A stretch of 64,000 bases of DNA, taken from the IMG/VR virus record IMGVR_UViG_3300017971_000203, one strand, 5' to 3'. The stretch comes from a virus. The number at the start of each line of letters is the position of its first letter. Positions within the stretch are counted from its first letter, which is position 1. The translations under genes were made by a program, and so were the position numbers. Below are positions 39,066-47,307 of this stretch, one piece after another. Under the pieces are notes generated by a model. That model saw nothing but the letters and a program-made list of their open reading frames with translations, was not told where the DNA came from and searched no databases.

Positions 39066-39583
39066 CAGACTCTCCTTGCTCGAGGTCGGGGGGCTTTCGG
39101 TCCGAGGTAGACTCTTCCGTCGTCCAGGACCACCAGATCCTTGTCAGAGGCCTTCTGCATCACTTCCCCGGCTTCTCCCGGGGCAAACGACTGGGAAAGC
39201 TCGATGGCTTTACTCGTCTTCAAGCCGTCGAGACCAGCCACGATCACAGTCAGGGCCATCACTCTGCGGTCGTCGAAGCAGTGCCCGCCCCACTCCATCC
39301 ACGGGATAGAGTCGAGCACTTTTCTCCAGCTGTGGCAGAGTGCATACGTGGCCGCAACGTACCAGCTCAAGTTCCCTGCCCCCATAGCGGCGTGTCGCAT
39401 GCGGAGTGCCTGGAGGTAGTGCCTCGATATGAAGAGTGCCTCCGGGGTGAAGCGTACCAAGACCCGCTTCATGAAGCTGCTTTCGACCTGGATGTCGCCG
39501 GCTTCCATGCCGAGCTGCAACTGCTCCAGGTCCCACATGAGATGCCCAAACCAGTCGAGCGTTTCGAGCTCGATCTCATCCAT
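39065..39583 (-). CDS. Hypothetical protein
   Basis: Start MDEIEL; coupled to dam. Confidence 0.55.
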   Translation of the reverse strand: MDEIELETLDWFGHLMWDLEQLQLGMEAGDIQVESSFMKRVLVRFTPEALFISRHYLQALRMRHAAMGAGNLSWYVAATYALCHSWRKVLDSIPWMEWGGHCFDDRRVMALTVIVAGLDGLKTSKAIELSQSFAPGEAGEVMQKASDKDLVVLDDGRVYLGPKAPRPRARRV

Positions 39584-39842
39584 TGGAGTTCCCTTTGAAG
39601 AGGCCCGCGTGTGGAGCGCATTGGGTGCAGTGCCAGCCCACCGTGTACTTCCCGTACCGCATCGGCACCATGTCCCCATGGCAGAGGTTGCAGGTGGGAG
39701 CAACGAGCTCGATCTTGGCGGAGACCGGAGGTGCCTCGATGACCTGGGGTGCTTCGACCAAGATGTAGCCCTGGTTGCACTGCGGACAGCCAGGAACGGT
39801 CCGGTCTTGGTAGGACCCGTGTTTGTCGCAGAAGCCCATCAC
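39576..39842 (-). CDS. Small zinc-finger protein
   Basis: C..HG..CPQC and CNLC...CTQC. Confidence 0.6.
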   Translation of the reverse strand: MMGFCDKHGSYQDRTVPGCPQCNQGYILVEAPQVIEAPPVSAKIELVAPTCNLCHGDMVPMRYGKYTVGWHCTQCAPHAGLFKGNSNG

Positions 39843-40051
39843 GAAGACCTCCAGCCCGTGGAGAAGTGACGAGGCATCTTGTTCCGCTCCCGACTCATGG
39901 CGGACTCGAGGTCCCGGAACAAAGCAATGACCTGGAGCTGTGTTTCCTGGTCAGCTTCGTCCATCAGCTGTTCCACCTTCGGGTAGCGCCGCCCTGTGAG
40001 TCTCTGCATGGTTCCGGCTATCTGAGCGCCTTCTCGTGATTTCATAACCAC
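39839..40051 (-). CDS. Hypothetical protein
   Basis: 70 aa with a GGAGG SD. Confidence 0.55.
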   Translation of the reverse strand: MVMKSREGAQIAGTMQRLTGRRYPKVEQLMDEADQETQLQVIALFRDLESAMSRERNKMPRHFSTGWRSS

Positions 40052-40097
40052 CTCCGTGTGAAAGGCGGGAGCAGGCTATCAGGTCGGGGCGAAATGG

Positions 40098-40379
40098 TCA
40101 AGAACGGAACCTTTCGTAGGCGCTGGGCTTACTTCCTTCGGATCGGTGCAGGAGGAAGCAGGTCTTCGAAAGAGGCGGTTCTTTGCCGTCTTCGTAGAGT
40201 TCCCAGGCGTCGTGATTGACGCTGCTTCGGATCACGTAGACTTTCCCGCAGAGGTTCCAGGCGGCCCTCAGAGCGGTGTCTTTGCAGCAGTGGGAAGAAC
40301 AGGCAATCCAGCTGCCGTAGTTGACAGACGTGGGCCGCTTCTCCTGGATGATGCAGTACCAGCGGTTGTGTCGTGGCAT
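40098..40379 (-). CDS. Hypothetical protein
   Basis: Start MPRHNRWY coupled to the upstream stop. Confidence 0.5.
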   Translation of the reverse strand: MPRHNRWYCIIQEKRPTSVNYGSWIACSSHCCKDTALRAAWNLCGKVYVIRSSVNHDAWELYEDGKEPPLSKTCFLLHRSEGSKPSAYERFRS

Positions 40380-41041
40380 CAGCTGTGCGATGCGTAGAGG
40401 GCCCTGGTAGCCTCGAACTCGTTCTTCCATTCCCATTCGTCCTGCACCCACTGGCGGAACTGGGAACCGTCGAGTTTGATCTCGGTCTCTTGGGCCATTT
40501 CGAGCATCTCGATCAGTTGTGTGTAGTCCCGCTCGTGGTTTACCGGGGGTCTCATACCGAAGGTCATCCAGTGCTGCCGAGGTCCGTCCATCTTCTCGGC
40601 GGCGATTTTCCGGGCCCGCTTGCGGAGCTCGATGACGCAGAGGTTCTGGAAGCCGGCCGCCGATTCTTCGTAGTCGGCCACGTGGGCGGCGCGGTTCGTG
40701 CGGAGCTTCGCGAGCAGTTCGCCGACGCTGACAGTGATGCTGAAGTGTCCGATGTGTCGCATGTCGTCTCCTGATGCTGTGATGGTGTAGGGAAGCATTC
40801 TCTCGATGTGAGGGAAGGTCACCTTGGTGAAGGTCATGAGGGGTTCGTCGTCGAACAGATCCAGAGCGTCTCCGGTCATAGGCTGCACGCTGCAGATCTG
40901 CTCGGAGAAGGTCTGCCGGTGCTCTTCTTCCGGGTGTTGAAATTCTTCGTAGCTCATGGGTTCGAAGTTGATGGCGCAGTCGTCGCAGTCGTCGAGTTCG
41001 CAGTCGTCGCAGGGGTCGTAGAGGTCTTCGGAATCGTGCAT
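40379..41041 (-). CDS. Hypothetical protein carrying gp23-like VQPM peptides (alternative start 40762)
   Basis: ATG 41041 after AGGAG; contains QICSVQPMTG and KVTFPHIERMLP. Confidence 0.55.
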   Translation of the reverse strand: MHDSEDLYDPCDDCELDDCDDCAINFEPMSYEEFQHPEEEHRQTFSEQICSVQPMTGDALDLFDDEPLMTFTKVTFPHIERMLPYTITASGDDMRHIGHFSITVSVGELLAKLRTNRAAHVADYEESAAGFQNLCVIELRKRARKIAAEKMDGPRQHWMTFGMRPPVNHERDYTQLIEMLEMAQETEIKLDGSQFRQWVQDEWEWKNEFEATRALYASHS

Positions 41042-42558
41042 TCGCAAGCTCCTGTGCCGTTGCATTCGTCACAGTCTACGAAGACCCGCTCTTCATAGAC
41101 GCCTGTGCCGAAACAGTCATCGCAAGGCATTTCTCCTGTGCCCTCGCATTCGTAGCACTCTTCGACCCCAGGCTCTATGAAGGCGGTACCCAAACAAGTG
41201 TCGCATGCTGTGGCGCCTGTGCTGTCGCAGGCCGTGCAGGGGGACTCGATGATCTCGTCGCTGTGCACCCTCTTGTGTCCGTCGCATTCGTGGCAGCGGC
41301 GGTCGTCGTTGCAAACGAAGCACCAGGGCAGGTTCGGCATCGGGGGATGCTTTCCGATGGACACGATCCCGGCCTCTTCGTCCAGCTTGAAGATGCCCGC
41401 CACGATGTCGCGATCATCCACGTCGGCCGTTTCCCTCTCGGTGACGAAGTCGGAGAGAGGCAGCGAGCCGCCTGCACGGTGGAGGCGTATGAGAGCTCGG
41501 CCGATGTTCCAGCGCAGATCGTTGGACACGTACCGGGGGGCGAGCCTCGTGCGCGGGGCCAGGTCGTCCGGATCCACAAAGGTCGGAGTGGTCTGTACAG
41601 ACACGTAGGGAACCCAGACGAAGCCCGCCTCGAGAAAGCTCCGTCCACGTCGGGGCTCGTGCCCCTGGTTGCGCAGGTAGGTGTCCTGGTTCTGCAGGAG
41701 CAGCGCAGTGATACGTCGAGAGCGCTCGTCTGTGACGCCTTCCAGGAGTGGCGCGAAGCGCTCCATGGCCGCGCGTACACGTACCTCTTGCTCGGCGGCT
41801 ATGTGTAAATCCGCGAGGATGTCGGCGTCGATCTCTTCGGCCATCCGTGCCGACATGGCTTCGACAAGATCACGTTCGCCTTCGAAGAGTTCCTCGTCGG
41901 TGGCGGGATCCAGTCCGACATTTTGGAGGTCTGCTTCGTTCCTGATGAGCTGCGTCTGCGCCTCCGGTCCCCGCTCTGTGGGACCGACCACCGTGAAGTC
42001 CGGTCGCAGTCGAAGGGTTCCTGTGACGCCTCCGTCGCCATCGTCCAGAAGTTCTGTGAGGGAGGCGCGACTACTCACACCGTAGCGCGCCTGAAGGAGT
42101 TCTCGGACGTTTTCTTCGACTTGCTCGCGGTCCATCCCCTGGAGAGCTCGGAATTCCTCCGGCATCTCGATGTGCCACACAGCTACGAGACGTCGTTCCC
42201 GGTGAGATCGGACTTCGCTCCCGAGGAGGTGTCCGGCAGTCAGATCGCTGGTGAGCTTCAGCAAGACGTCCATCACGAGGCCGAACCAGCCGAAGTACTT
42301 CGCGGCTCCGTAGGTCCATCGGAGGACTTTCTCGTCTGGGACCTGGGACATGAGCTTCGCCAGAGACCGGCCTCTTTCGGCGTTGTCGGTCTGGACGCAG
42401 CGCTGCAGGTCCGCCAGGAAGTGCACCCAAATCTTGGGGCCGCCACCGAAGGGCACGAGCTGCTGACGGAGGCTCGCGTGGACCAGGGCCTCCCCGGCTC
42501 GAGAATCTCCCGCCTGGGCGATCCGGGTCAGCCGTTCGAAGTTCGCATCGAGACTCAC
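40954..42558 (-). CDS. Mosaic protein: GD-helix N-module, T4 gp23-like capsid peptides and DnaJ-type CxxCxGxG zinc fingers
   Basis: FAPLLEGV..RRITALLLQNQ, MAEEIDADIL, FLEAGFVWVPYV..TPT..DP, plus at least five CxxCxGxG-type repeats. Confidence 0.65.
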   Translation of the reverse strand: MSLDANFERLTRIAQAGDSRAGEALVHASLRQQLVPFGGGPKIWVHFLADLQRCVQTDNAERGRSLAKLMSQVPDEKVLRWTYGAAKYFGWFGLVMDVLLKLTSDLTAGHLLGSEVRSHRERRLVAVWHIEMPEEFRALQGMDREQVEENVRELLQARYGVSSRASLTELLDDGDGGVTGTLRLRPDFTVVGPTERGPEAQTQLIRNEADLQNVGLDPATDEELFEGERDLVEAMSARMAEEIDADILADLHIAAEQEVRVRAAMERFAPLLEGVTDERSRRITALLLQNQDTYLRNQGHEPRRGRSFLEAGFVWVPYVSVQTTPTFVDPDDLAPRTRLAPRYVSNDLRWNIGRALIRLHRAGGSLPLSDFVTERETADVDDRDIVAGIFKLDEEAGIVSIGKHPPMPNLPWCFVCNDDRRCHECDGHKRVHSDEIIESPCTACDSTGATACDTCLGTAFIEPGVEECYECEGTGEMPCDDCFGTGVYEERVFVDCDECNGTGACECTIPKTSTTPATTANSTTATTAPSTSNP

Positions 42559-42923
42559 GTGTCTTCTCCGTAGATCGGGAGGACCATCTGACTGTGCATC
42601 CAGGTCTGGAAGGCTTCCATGGCGAAGTTGGCGTCGTGAGGAAACATGAACTCCAGGGTCACTGTGGTGTTCTGGGGCATCATCCGCGCGTAGGGGTCCA
42701 GGTCGTATCTCGGGTAGTCCACCCTGGTGTTGGTGATCCTGGCACCGTCCAGGGGGTGCGGCTGGAACTTGGTTTCTGTGCGCACTTCGGTCTGGACGAA
42801 GCCGCCGCGCTTGAGGGCGTGCTCGAGCTCCTCGGCGAGCGCCTTGTCGAGGGCGCCGAGGCGGCCGATGAAGTCTCTGAACTCAGGCTTCGCGGTGTTT
42901 CCCGTCAGACCTTTGTCGCGCAT
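42555..42923 (-). CDS. Hypothetical protein
   Basis: Start MRDKGL; in the Ro60 transcription unit. Confidence 0.55.
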   Translation of the reverse strand: MRDKGLTGNTAKPEFRDFIGRLGALDKALAEELEHALKRGGFVQTEVRTETKFQPHPLDGARITNTRVDYPRYDLDPYARMMPQNTTVTLEFMFPHDANFAMEAFQTWMHSQMVLPIYGEDT

Positions 42924-43191
42924 TGCCACGCCATTGCTCCGGGAGGGTGTAGACAGAGCGGCAGTCGTTGTGCGGCACCGTGTAGGTTTTCCCCACGTCA
43001 AAGGGGCACTGGCGTTTGCTCTTCTTCCCCCTCTTGGGCGGAGCCCCGTGCTCTGCAGTGTTTGTGCAGAGCACGGTGAAGGACCCGGTCCCGACACAGA
43101 GGACGTGACCGAGCCCGGTTTTCTTCCACTGCTCCCAGGGAGCCCCCGGGAGACGGAAGCTGACGAGGTCGCCCTTGATGAGGTCTGTCAT
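42883..43191 (-). CDS. Hypothetical protein coupled to Ro60
   Basis: ATG overlaps the TROVE stop (ATGA). Confidence 0.55.
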   Translation of the reverse strand: MTDLIKGDLVSFRLPGAPWEQWKKTGLGHVLCVGTGSFTVLCTNTAEHGAPPKRGKKSKRQCPFDVGKTYTVPHNDCRSVYTLPEQWRGNARQRSDGKHREA

Positions 43192-44687
43192 ACCTTGTCC
43201 GTCTTGATGGCTTCCGCCATCGTACCCCAGCCCCTGGAAGCCATGGACACGAAGTTCAGGACCTGGAGACTCCACCCGTAGATGAAGTAAGCCGGATCGT
43301 TGGGCTCGAGGAGCCCCGTGCGATACGGGGAGACGTCCACGATGAAGACGTTGATCTTCTTGTTGACCATCCGACGATACCGGTTCAGCACGTCGATGAA
43401 AGGCGAACCCTGGTTCTGCTGCTCGTCCGTGATGAGGATCAGGTTGTCCGCCTCGAACTTCTCCTGGAGCATCCACTGGGCGATGAGGTCCGTGCGCGTA
43501 GACCCGCTCGAGCGAATGGTCCGGGCCTGGGACAGGACACTGTCCCGCATCGAGACCTTCGCTTCGTGAAGGCAGTGGTTGAAAAGGAAGAAGCGCCCGT
43601 TGTAGTTGGTCTTCTTCATCAGAGAGATGGCGAAGATCCCGCCGATGAGAAGGAACCGGCCCTGCATGGATCCGGAGATGTCCAGGCAGACCACGGTACG
43701 CCCCGGGATCTCCGGGAGGTTCCCGAAAGAGAGCTCCAGCGCGTCCCGCAGAGAGTCCTGGGCCCACGGCGAAGACACGTGGTCGATGGCATCCAGAAAG
43801 CGGAACGGGAGGATCTTCGACTTCCCGATCACCTCGGGGTCGTTGAACTTCCGCTGCACCATTTCCCGGTGGTTATCCAGCACACCGTGGCGCTCCAGGG
43901 TCGCGAGGTTCCTCAGCAGCGCGAAGATCGGCATCTGCGGAGCGATGGCGTCCCAGACCTCTGTGTCCTTGCCGGCGAAGGTGCTGGCCACTTCGTGAGG
44001 CAACCGACCCTCGGTGATGAGCCGGACCTTCTCCTTGGCATCCGTGGCCTTCTTCAGCGCTTCGAAGGCGGCGATCTGGGGGAGCTCTTCCAGGTTGGTC
44101 TCACGGCCCATCATGTAGTCGGCCAGGTCGCTCCGCATCCTCTTCGGGTGCAGGATGATCATCAGGTCCCGGATGGACCACTCCCCGACCTTGCTGGCGC
44201 CGTACTTGATCGCCCAGTACTCACCCAGCTTCTGGGCCAGCCACCTACCGGCGGTGCGCTTGACGCACTTGCCGCTCTTGTTCCAGCCCAGAGAGCACAG
44301 AATAGTGATGAAGTCCCGGAGGTCGTTCGGGGTGCGGACCACCTGACCGAAGGCACGCTTGAAGCGGTCCTTGTCGGTCATAAACAACTTCGCCAGCCCG
44401 AACACAGGCTGCGTGCGCATGAAGCCCTTGTTGCGTCCGTACCCGAGAGCCTTGGTGGCGAACTCGGGGTCCTCGGCCATCATTCGGTCGTGGATCGTGT
44501 GGCTCTCTTTCAGGAGGTCCTTGGACGACACGTAGAACGTGTTTCCAAGGGTGTTGGTCAAGAGAGTCTGCAGGTACTGCTCTTCGAGCGGGCGTTCCCA
44601 CGCCGGGTACCGGGCCGGGTCGCGGGTTGTGATCGGTGCCAGTCGACTACGCTGCCTCGGATTGAACAGGGCGTTCACGCGGCTCAT
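43188..44687 (-). CDS. rsr: Ro60/Rsr TROVE-domain RNA-binding protein with C-terminal vWA
   Basis: LLTNTL..TFY, GFMRTQP, V.RTP.DL..F, KY...WS.RDL....HPK, MP.FALLRNLATL.R, KSKILPFRF..A, D.SGSM, ITDEQ. Confidence 0.9.
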   Translation of the reverse strand: MSRVNALFNPRQRSRLAPITTRDPARYPAWERPLEEQYLQTLLTNTLGNTFYVSSKDLLKESHTIHDRMMAEDPEFATKALGYGRNKGFMRTQPVFGLAKLFMTDKDRFKRAFGQVVRTPNDLRDFITILCSLGWNKSGKCVKRTAGRWLAQKLGEYWAIKYGASKVGEWSIRDLMIILHPKRMRSDLADYMMGRETNLEELPQIAAFEALKKATDAKEKVRLITEGRLPHEVASTFAGKDTEVWDAIAPQMPIFALLRNLATLERHGVLDNHREMVQRKFNDPEVIGKSKILPFRFLDAIDHVSSPWAQDSLRDALELSFGNLPEIPGRTVVCLDISGSMQGRFLLIGGIFAISLMKKTNYNGRFFLFNHCLHEAKVSMRDSVLSQARTIRSSGSTRTDLIAQWMLQEKFEADNLILITDEQQNQGSPFIDVLNRYRRMVNKKINVFIVDVSPYRTGLLEPNDPAYFIYGWSLQVLNFVSMASRGWGTMAEAIKTDKV

Positions 44688-44775
44688 ATGTGCCTCCTTC
44701 GAGGGTAAGCCCCGAACTCGGGTTATCAGGATCCCGTCCGTCTCAGACGCCCACAGCGTCCACGGGATAATTGCT

Positions 44776-44809
44776 GTGACACGCTATCGTGTCACTATCG
44801 GATTGTCAA
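44776..44809 (-). promoter_or_regulatory. Ro60 promoter with overlapping perfect inverted repeat
   Basis: TTGACA-N17-TAGCGT; GTGACACG-N4-CGTGTCAC at 44776-44795 covers the -10 box. Confidence 0.75.
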
Positions 44810-44912
44810 GGACGCTGGGCTTCCACCAGCTCCGCCGTGTTTACGACTTGGTGGGACGCCGAAATAGTTGGAAGAACGCCCCGAGTCGCGATGCACGGTG
44901 CCTCGTTCTGCC

Positions 44913-45095
44913 TCATCGACCGGCCACCTCCGATTCAGGCTCTTCCTCGTGGACTCCTGCAAACGTCCGAACCATTTGCAGGGCCACGGAAGGCCGAAGG
45001 GTAAACTGCTGTCCACACGGGCACGTGTACGTGTTGTGTGTCAGCAGGTAGTCCAGGGTGTTGGGGAGCTTTCTACCACAGAAGCACTTAGTCAT
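44913..45095 (-). CDS. Small zinc-ribbon protein
   Basis: CFCG...CPCG; coupled start. Confidence 0.5.
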   Translation of the reverse strand: MTKCFCGRKLPNTLDYLLTHNTYTCPCGQQFTLRPSVALQMVRTFAGVHEEEPESEVAGR

Positions 45096-45568
45096 CCCAA
45101 CCTCGTCACGGGTTCTTCTTCCGTCTCTTCGTCGTACTCCGGGGGAGCTTCGTCGCCGTGGTAGCCGGTCAGCTGGCACGCCAGAACACGCCCCTCTTCG
45201 AGGAGCTTCTTTGCAGTCTCCAGGCGGAAGGTGCGTAGAGCGAAAGCGATGTCCATGTTGCGCCTGGCGGCTTCTTTCACGAGAGCTCCGCTCCGGGAGA
45301 GAGCGATGTGGAAGGGTTCCCCCAGGAACTTGTGCATGTCTATGTCGTGCTTCTTTCCGAACTCGAACTCGTCGCCGCCAGAGCCGAAGCACGGGTCTGT
45401 GGAGCCGTAGTCGCAGATGATACGAGGGGGATAGGGGAGGATGTCAGGGTCCGTCCACTCGAAGAACTGGATCCCGGTTAAGTCGCAGCGTTTGTACTCC
45501 GCTGCCCGTATTGTGTGTGGTTCTCCGGTCTCGGGATTGAAGCGCTTTTTCGTGAACCAGACCCTCAT
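45092..45568 (-). CDS. Hypothetical protein
   Basis: Start MRVWFT coupled (ATGA) to the upstream ORF. Confidence 0.6.
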   Translation of the reverse strand: MRVWFTKKRFNPETGEPHTIRAAEYKRCDLTGIQFFEWTDPDILPYPPRIICDYGSTDPCFGSGGDEFEFGKKHDIDMHKFLGEPFHIALSRSGALVKEAARRNMDIAFALRTFRLETAKKLLEEGRVLACQLTGYHGDEAPPEYDEETEEEPVTRLG

Positions 45569-45804
45569 GCGGACTTCTCCAGTTTTCGCACTTGCAGACC
45601 GACGTTGTCTCCCGGGATGGGAGGGTCGATGAGCTTCAGGAAGCGCTCGACTCCACGGACCTCGTAGAGCTCTCCGCGGAACTCGAAGCGGGTCCCGACC
45701 TCGGTGAAGCGGTGCTTCGGATCGAAGACCTGGAAGACGAGTCCACGGCCAGGGATGACCATGATCTCCTTCACGTCTGTTTCGTTGAGAAGAATCACAT
45801 CCAT
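45565..45804 (-). CDS. Small beta-rich hypothetical protein (weak resemblance to EF-Tu domain II)
   Basis: IPGRGLV..EVRGVE.F.K....PGDNVGL.VR resembles the EF-Tu domain II pattern I.GRGTV...GVEMF.K....AGDNVG.LLR; AAGGAG SD. Confidence 0.55.
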   Translation of the reverse strand: MDVILLNETDVKEIMVIPGRGLVFQVFDPKHRFTEVGTRFEFRGELYEVRGVERFLKLIDPPIPGDNVGLQVRKLEKSA

Positions 45805-45829
45805 AGCCGTCTCCTTGTGATGCGAAAGG

Positions 45830-45953
45830 TGGCGGCACTTGCCTTTGCAGCCCTAAATTCCGGCGCCTGCGCCCCTCATTCCCCGGGCCGGCCCTCTACT
45901 CAGTGTCTGCAAATCACTCCCACGGCGTAACGCCGCAGATCACGCTGCCGCCA
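45830..45953 (-). ncRNA. Unclassified structured RNA
   Basis: Terminal stem TGGCGGCA/TGCCGCCA and internal TTTGCAG/CTGCAAA helix; last element of the RNA cluster. Confidence 0.4.
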
Positions 45954-45954
45954 G

Positions 45955-46028
45955 AAGGGCCGGAGGGACTTGAACCCCCACCCCCGAGGGTAGAAACCTC
46001 GTGCTCTGTCCTATTGAGCTACGACCCC
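45955..46028 (-). tRNA. tRNA-Arg(UCU)
   Basis: GGGGTCG/CGGCCCT acceptor, TAGCTCAATAGGACAGAGC D-arm, CGAGG-TTTCTAC-CCTCG, GGTTCAAGTCC; CCA not encoded. Confidence 0.85.
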
Positions 46029-46029
46029 T

Positions 46030-46460
46030 GGATGCGGGGCTTCCACCCGCTACGTCGTGTCCTGACGACTTGGAATGCTCGAGCTGCAGCCGTGCCTCGG
46101 AATGAGGCGGGGAGCCAAACAGTCTCGAAATCGACCGCTCCCTCGGCATATCATGCGGGGGCCTATCTGTAGAACCCTCCCCCTTTCAACTTGGCTCTCC
46201 TTCCCAGGCTGGCCGGACAGGCGCGCTTTCACCACTCTGGCTACTTTGCGCCAACGAGCTCTGACAGCTCGTCTCCGGGTATGGGCAACTTTCCCCGGTG
46301 TCCAGCGCGAACACAGGTCGGATCCACACCCGCCACGCCTTACTGTGGTTCTTTCCATCTGCGTGACCGTCCCCGTCCAATCGCTGCCCGGGGGCTGGTT
46401 GCCCGGTCCAGAGTCCCCGGGAAGAGGTGTGCTTTTTTCATGCGGGCCGACCTCGAAAAA
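46030..46460 (-). ncRNA. Large unclassified structured RNA (3' part)
   Basis: No credible ORF; many hairpins, AGUA/GAAA motifs and a terminal T-loop-like hairpin GCGGG-TGGAAGC-CCCGC. Confidence 0.4.
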
Positions 46461-46462
46461 GA

Positions 46463-46534
46463 TGGACTGGCGTGGAATCGAACCACGGCTCCCTGGGCTT
46501 CAACCAAGCGCTCTACCGACTGAGCTACCAGTCC
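46463..46534 (-). tRNA. tRNA-Phe(GAA)
   Basis: GGACTGG/CCAGTCC-A acceptor, TAGCTCAGTCGGTAGAGC, CTTGG-TTGAAGC-CCAGG, CGTGG-TTCGATT-CCACG. Confidence 0.88.
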
Positions 46535-46539
46535 GCTCC

Positions 46540-46860
46540 CTGCTGCCTTCCAGCACGCCCTACTTCCGCAGCCAACGGATTCGGGAACGCCCCAGAAGAA
46601 CAGCCCCCAGCTTGATGCCTCCGGGGCTTGAGGCGGGGAATGGATCCCGATGGAGGGGGTTTCCCGGCCCCCTCCGTGCCCAACCCGATACATCAACCTT
46701 CCAGGCTCAGTGCACATCCCCTGGTAGGCGCTGGGCTTCCCTGTATCTTCCACGGCTCCCGAGCTGCCTGTGGTTTCAGCACAGGCCCGAGACTTCAGAC
46801 GTCGAGTGCTGTCGACTCCTGGACCCCGTCAGGGATCAGCACGTCCCTGGGGAGTACCGT
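46540..46860 (-). ncRNA. Large unclassified structured RNA (5' part)
   Basis: Stems such as GGAGGGGG/CCCCCTCC, CAGGGA/TCCCTG and GCCTGTG/CACAGGC; no credible ORF. Confidence 0.35.
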
Positions 46861-46864
46861 GAAA

Positions 46865-46934
46865 TTGCGGAGGCGGGAGTTGAACCCACAAGATCCAGGT
46901 TATGAGCCTGGGCGCCGACCGTCGACTCTCCGCA
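46865..46934 (-). tRNA. tRNA-Met/fMet-like (CAU) with a shortened D-arm
   Basis: TGCGGAG/CTCCGCA-A acceptor, CCAGG-CTCATAA-CCTGG, GGTTCAACTCC. Confidence 0.75.
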
Positions 46935-47064
46935 GAACGGGAGGACCATTCCTCCCGTGTGTTTTTGCTCCAAACGTCACCCCGCGAAGCAGTGCGGGAC
47001 TGGAAAATTCCAGACTCCGACTCTACGATCAGGGATCCCCTCCAGAACTGACCGCAGGACCGAA

Positions 47065-47136
47065 CAACGGACCTGGGAGTCGAACCCAGTACCTCCGGCT
47101 GCAATCACCGGCGCGCAACCCTTACACCTGTCCGCT
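47065..47136 (-). tRNA. Atypical tRNA, anticodon UUG (Gln) but lacking U33
   Basis: AGCGGAC/GTCCGTT acceptor, CCGGT-GATTGCA-GCCGG, CTGGG-TTCGACT-CCCAG. Confidence 0.6.
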
Positions 47137-47139
47137 ATA

Positions 47140-47306
47140 CGGGGGAATGACGGTCCCCCATGAACCGCTCCGCGAGAGTGCGCAGGAGTACACATGGCAT
47201 ACCCTTTTCGAACGGAGGTGAACCACCGAAGAGGTGAAACGCCTCCCTGCAGTCTGCCACCACAGGGAGGTCGTTTCAAGAGCGGCACCCTACCTCACGC
47301 TCTCCC
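47140..47306 (-). ncRNA. Unclassified structured RNA immediately 3' of tmRNA
   Basis: CCGCTC/GAGCGG closing stem and a long GAAACG-CCTCCCTG/CAGGGAGG-CGTTTC helix. Confidence 0.45.
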
Positions 47307-47307
47307 A

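Noticed and set aside
45955-46028. Amber suppressor tRNA (CTA within the loop TTTCTAC) and stop-codon recoding
   Set aside because: The 5-bp stem register places TCT at positions 34-36, and genes are intact in the standard code with TAG used as a stop.
46200-46330. RNase P RNA (GGGGAAAGTT resembles GAGGAAAGTCC)
   Set aside because: I could not find the matching P4 3' strand (ACAGAA..CGGCTTA) or other conserved regions; left as unclassified RNA.
46985-47058. Additional tRNA (Tyr-like GTA)
   Set aside because: It lacks a TTC T-loop and a convincing acceptor stem; at best a degenerate structured spacer.
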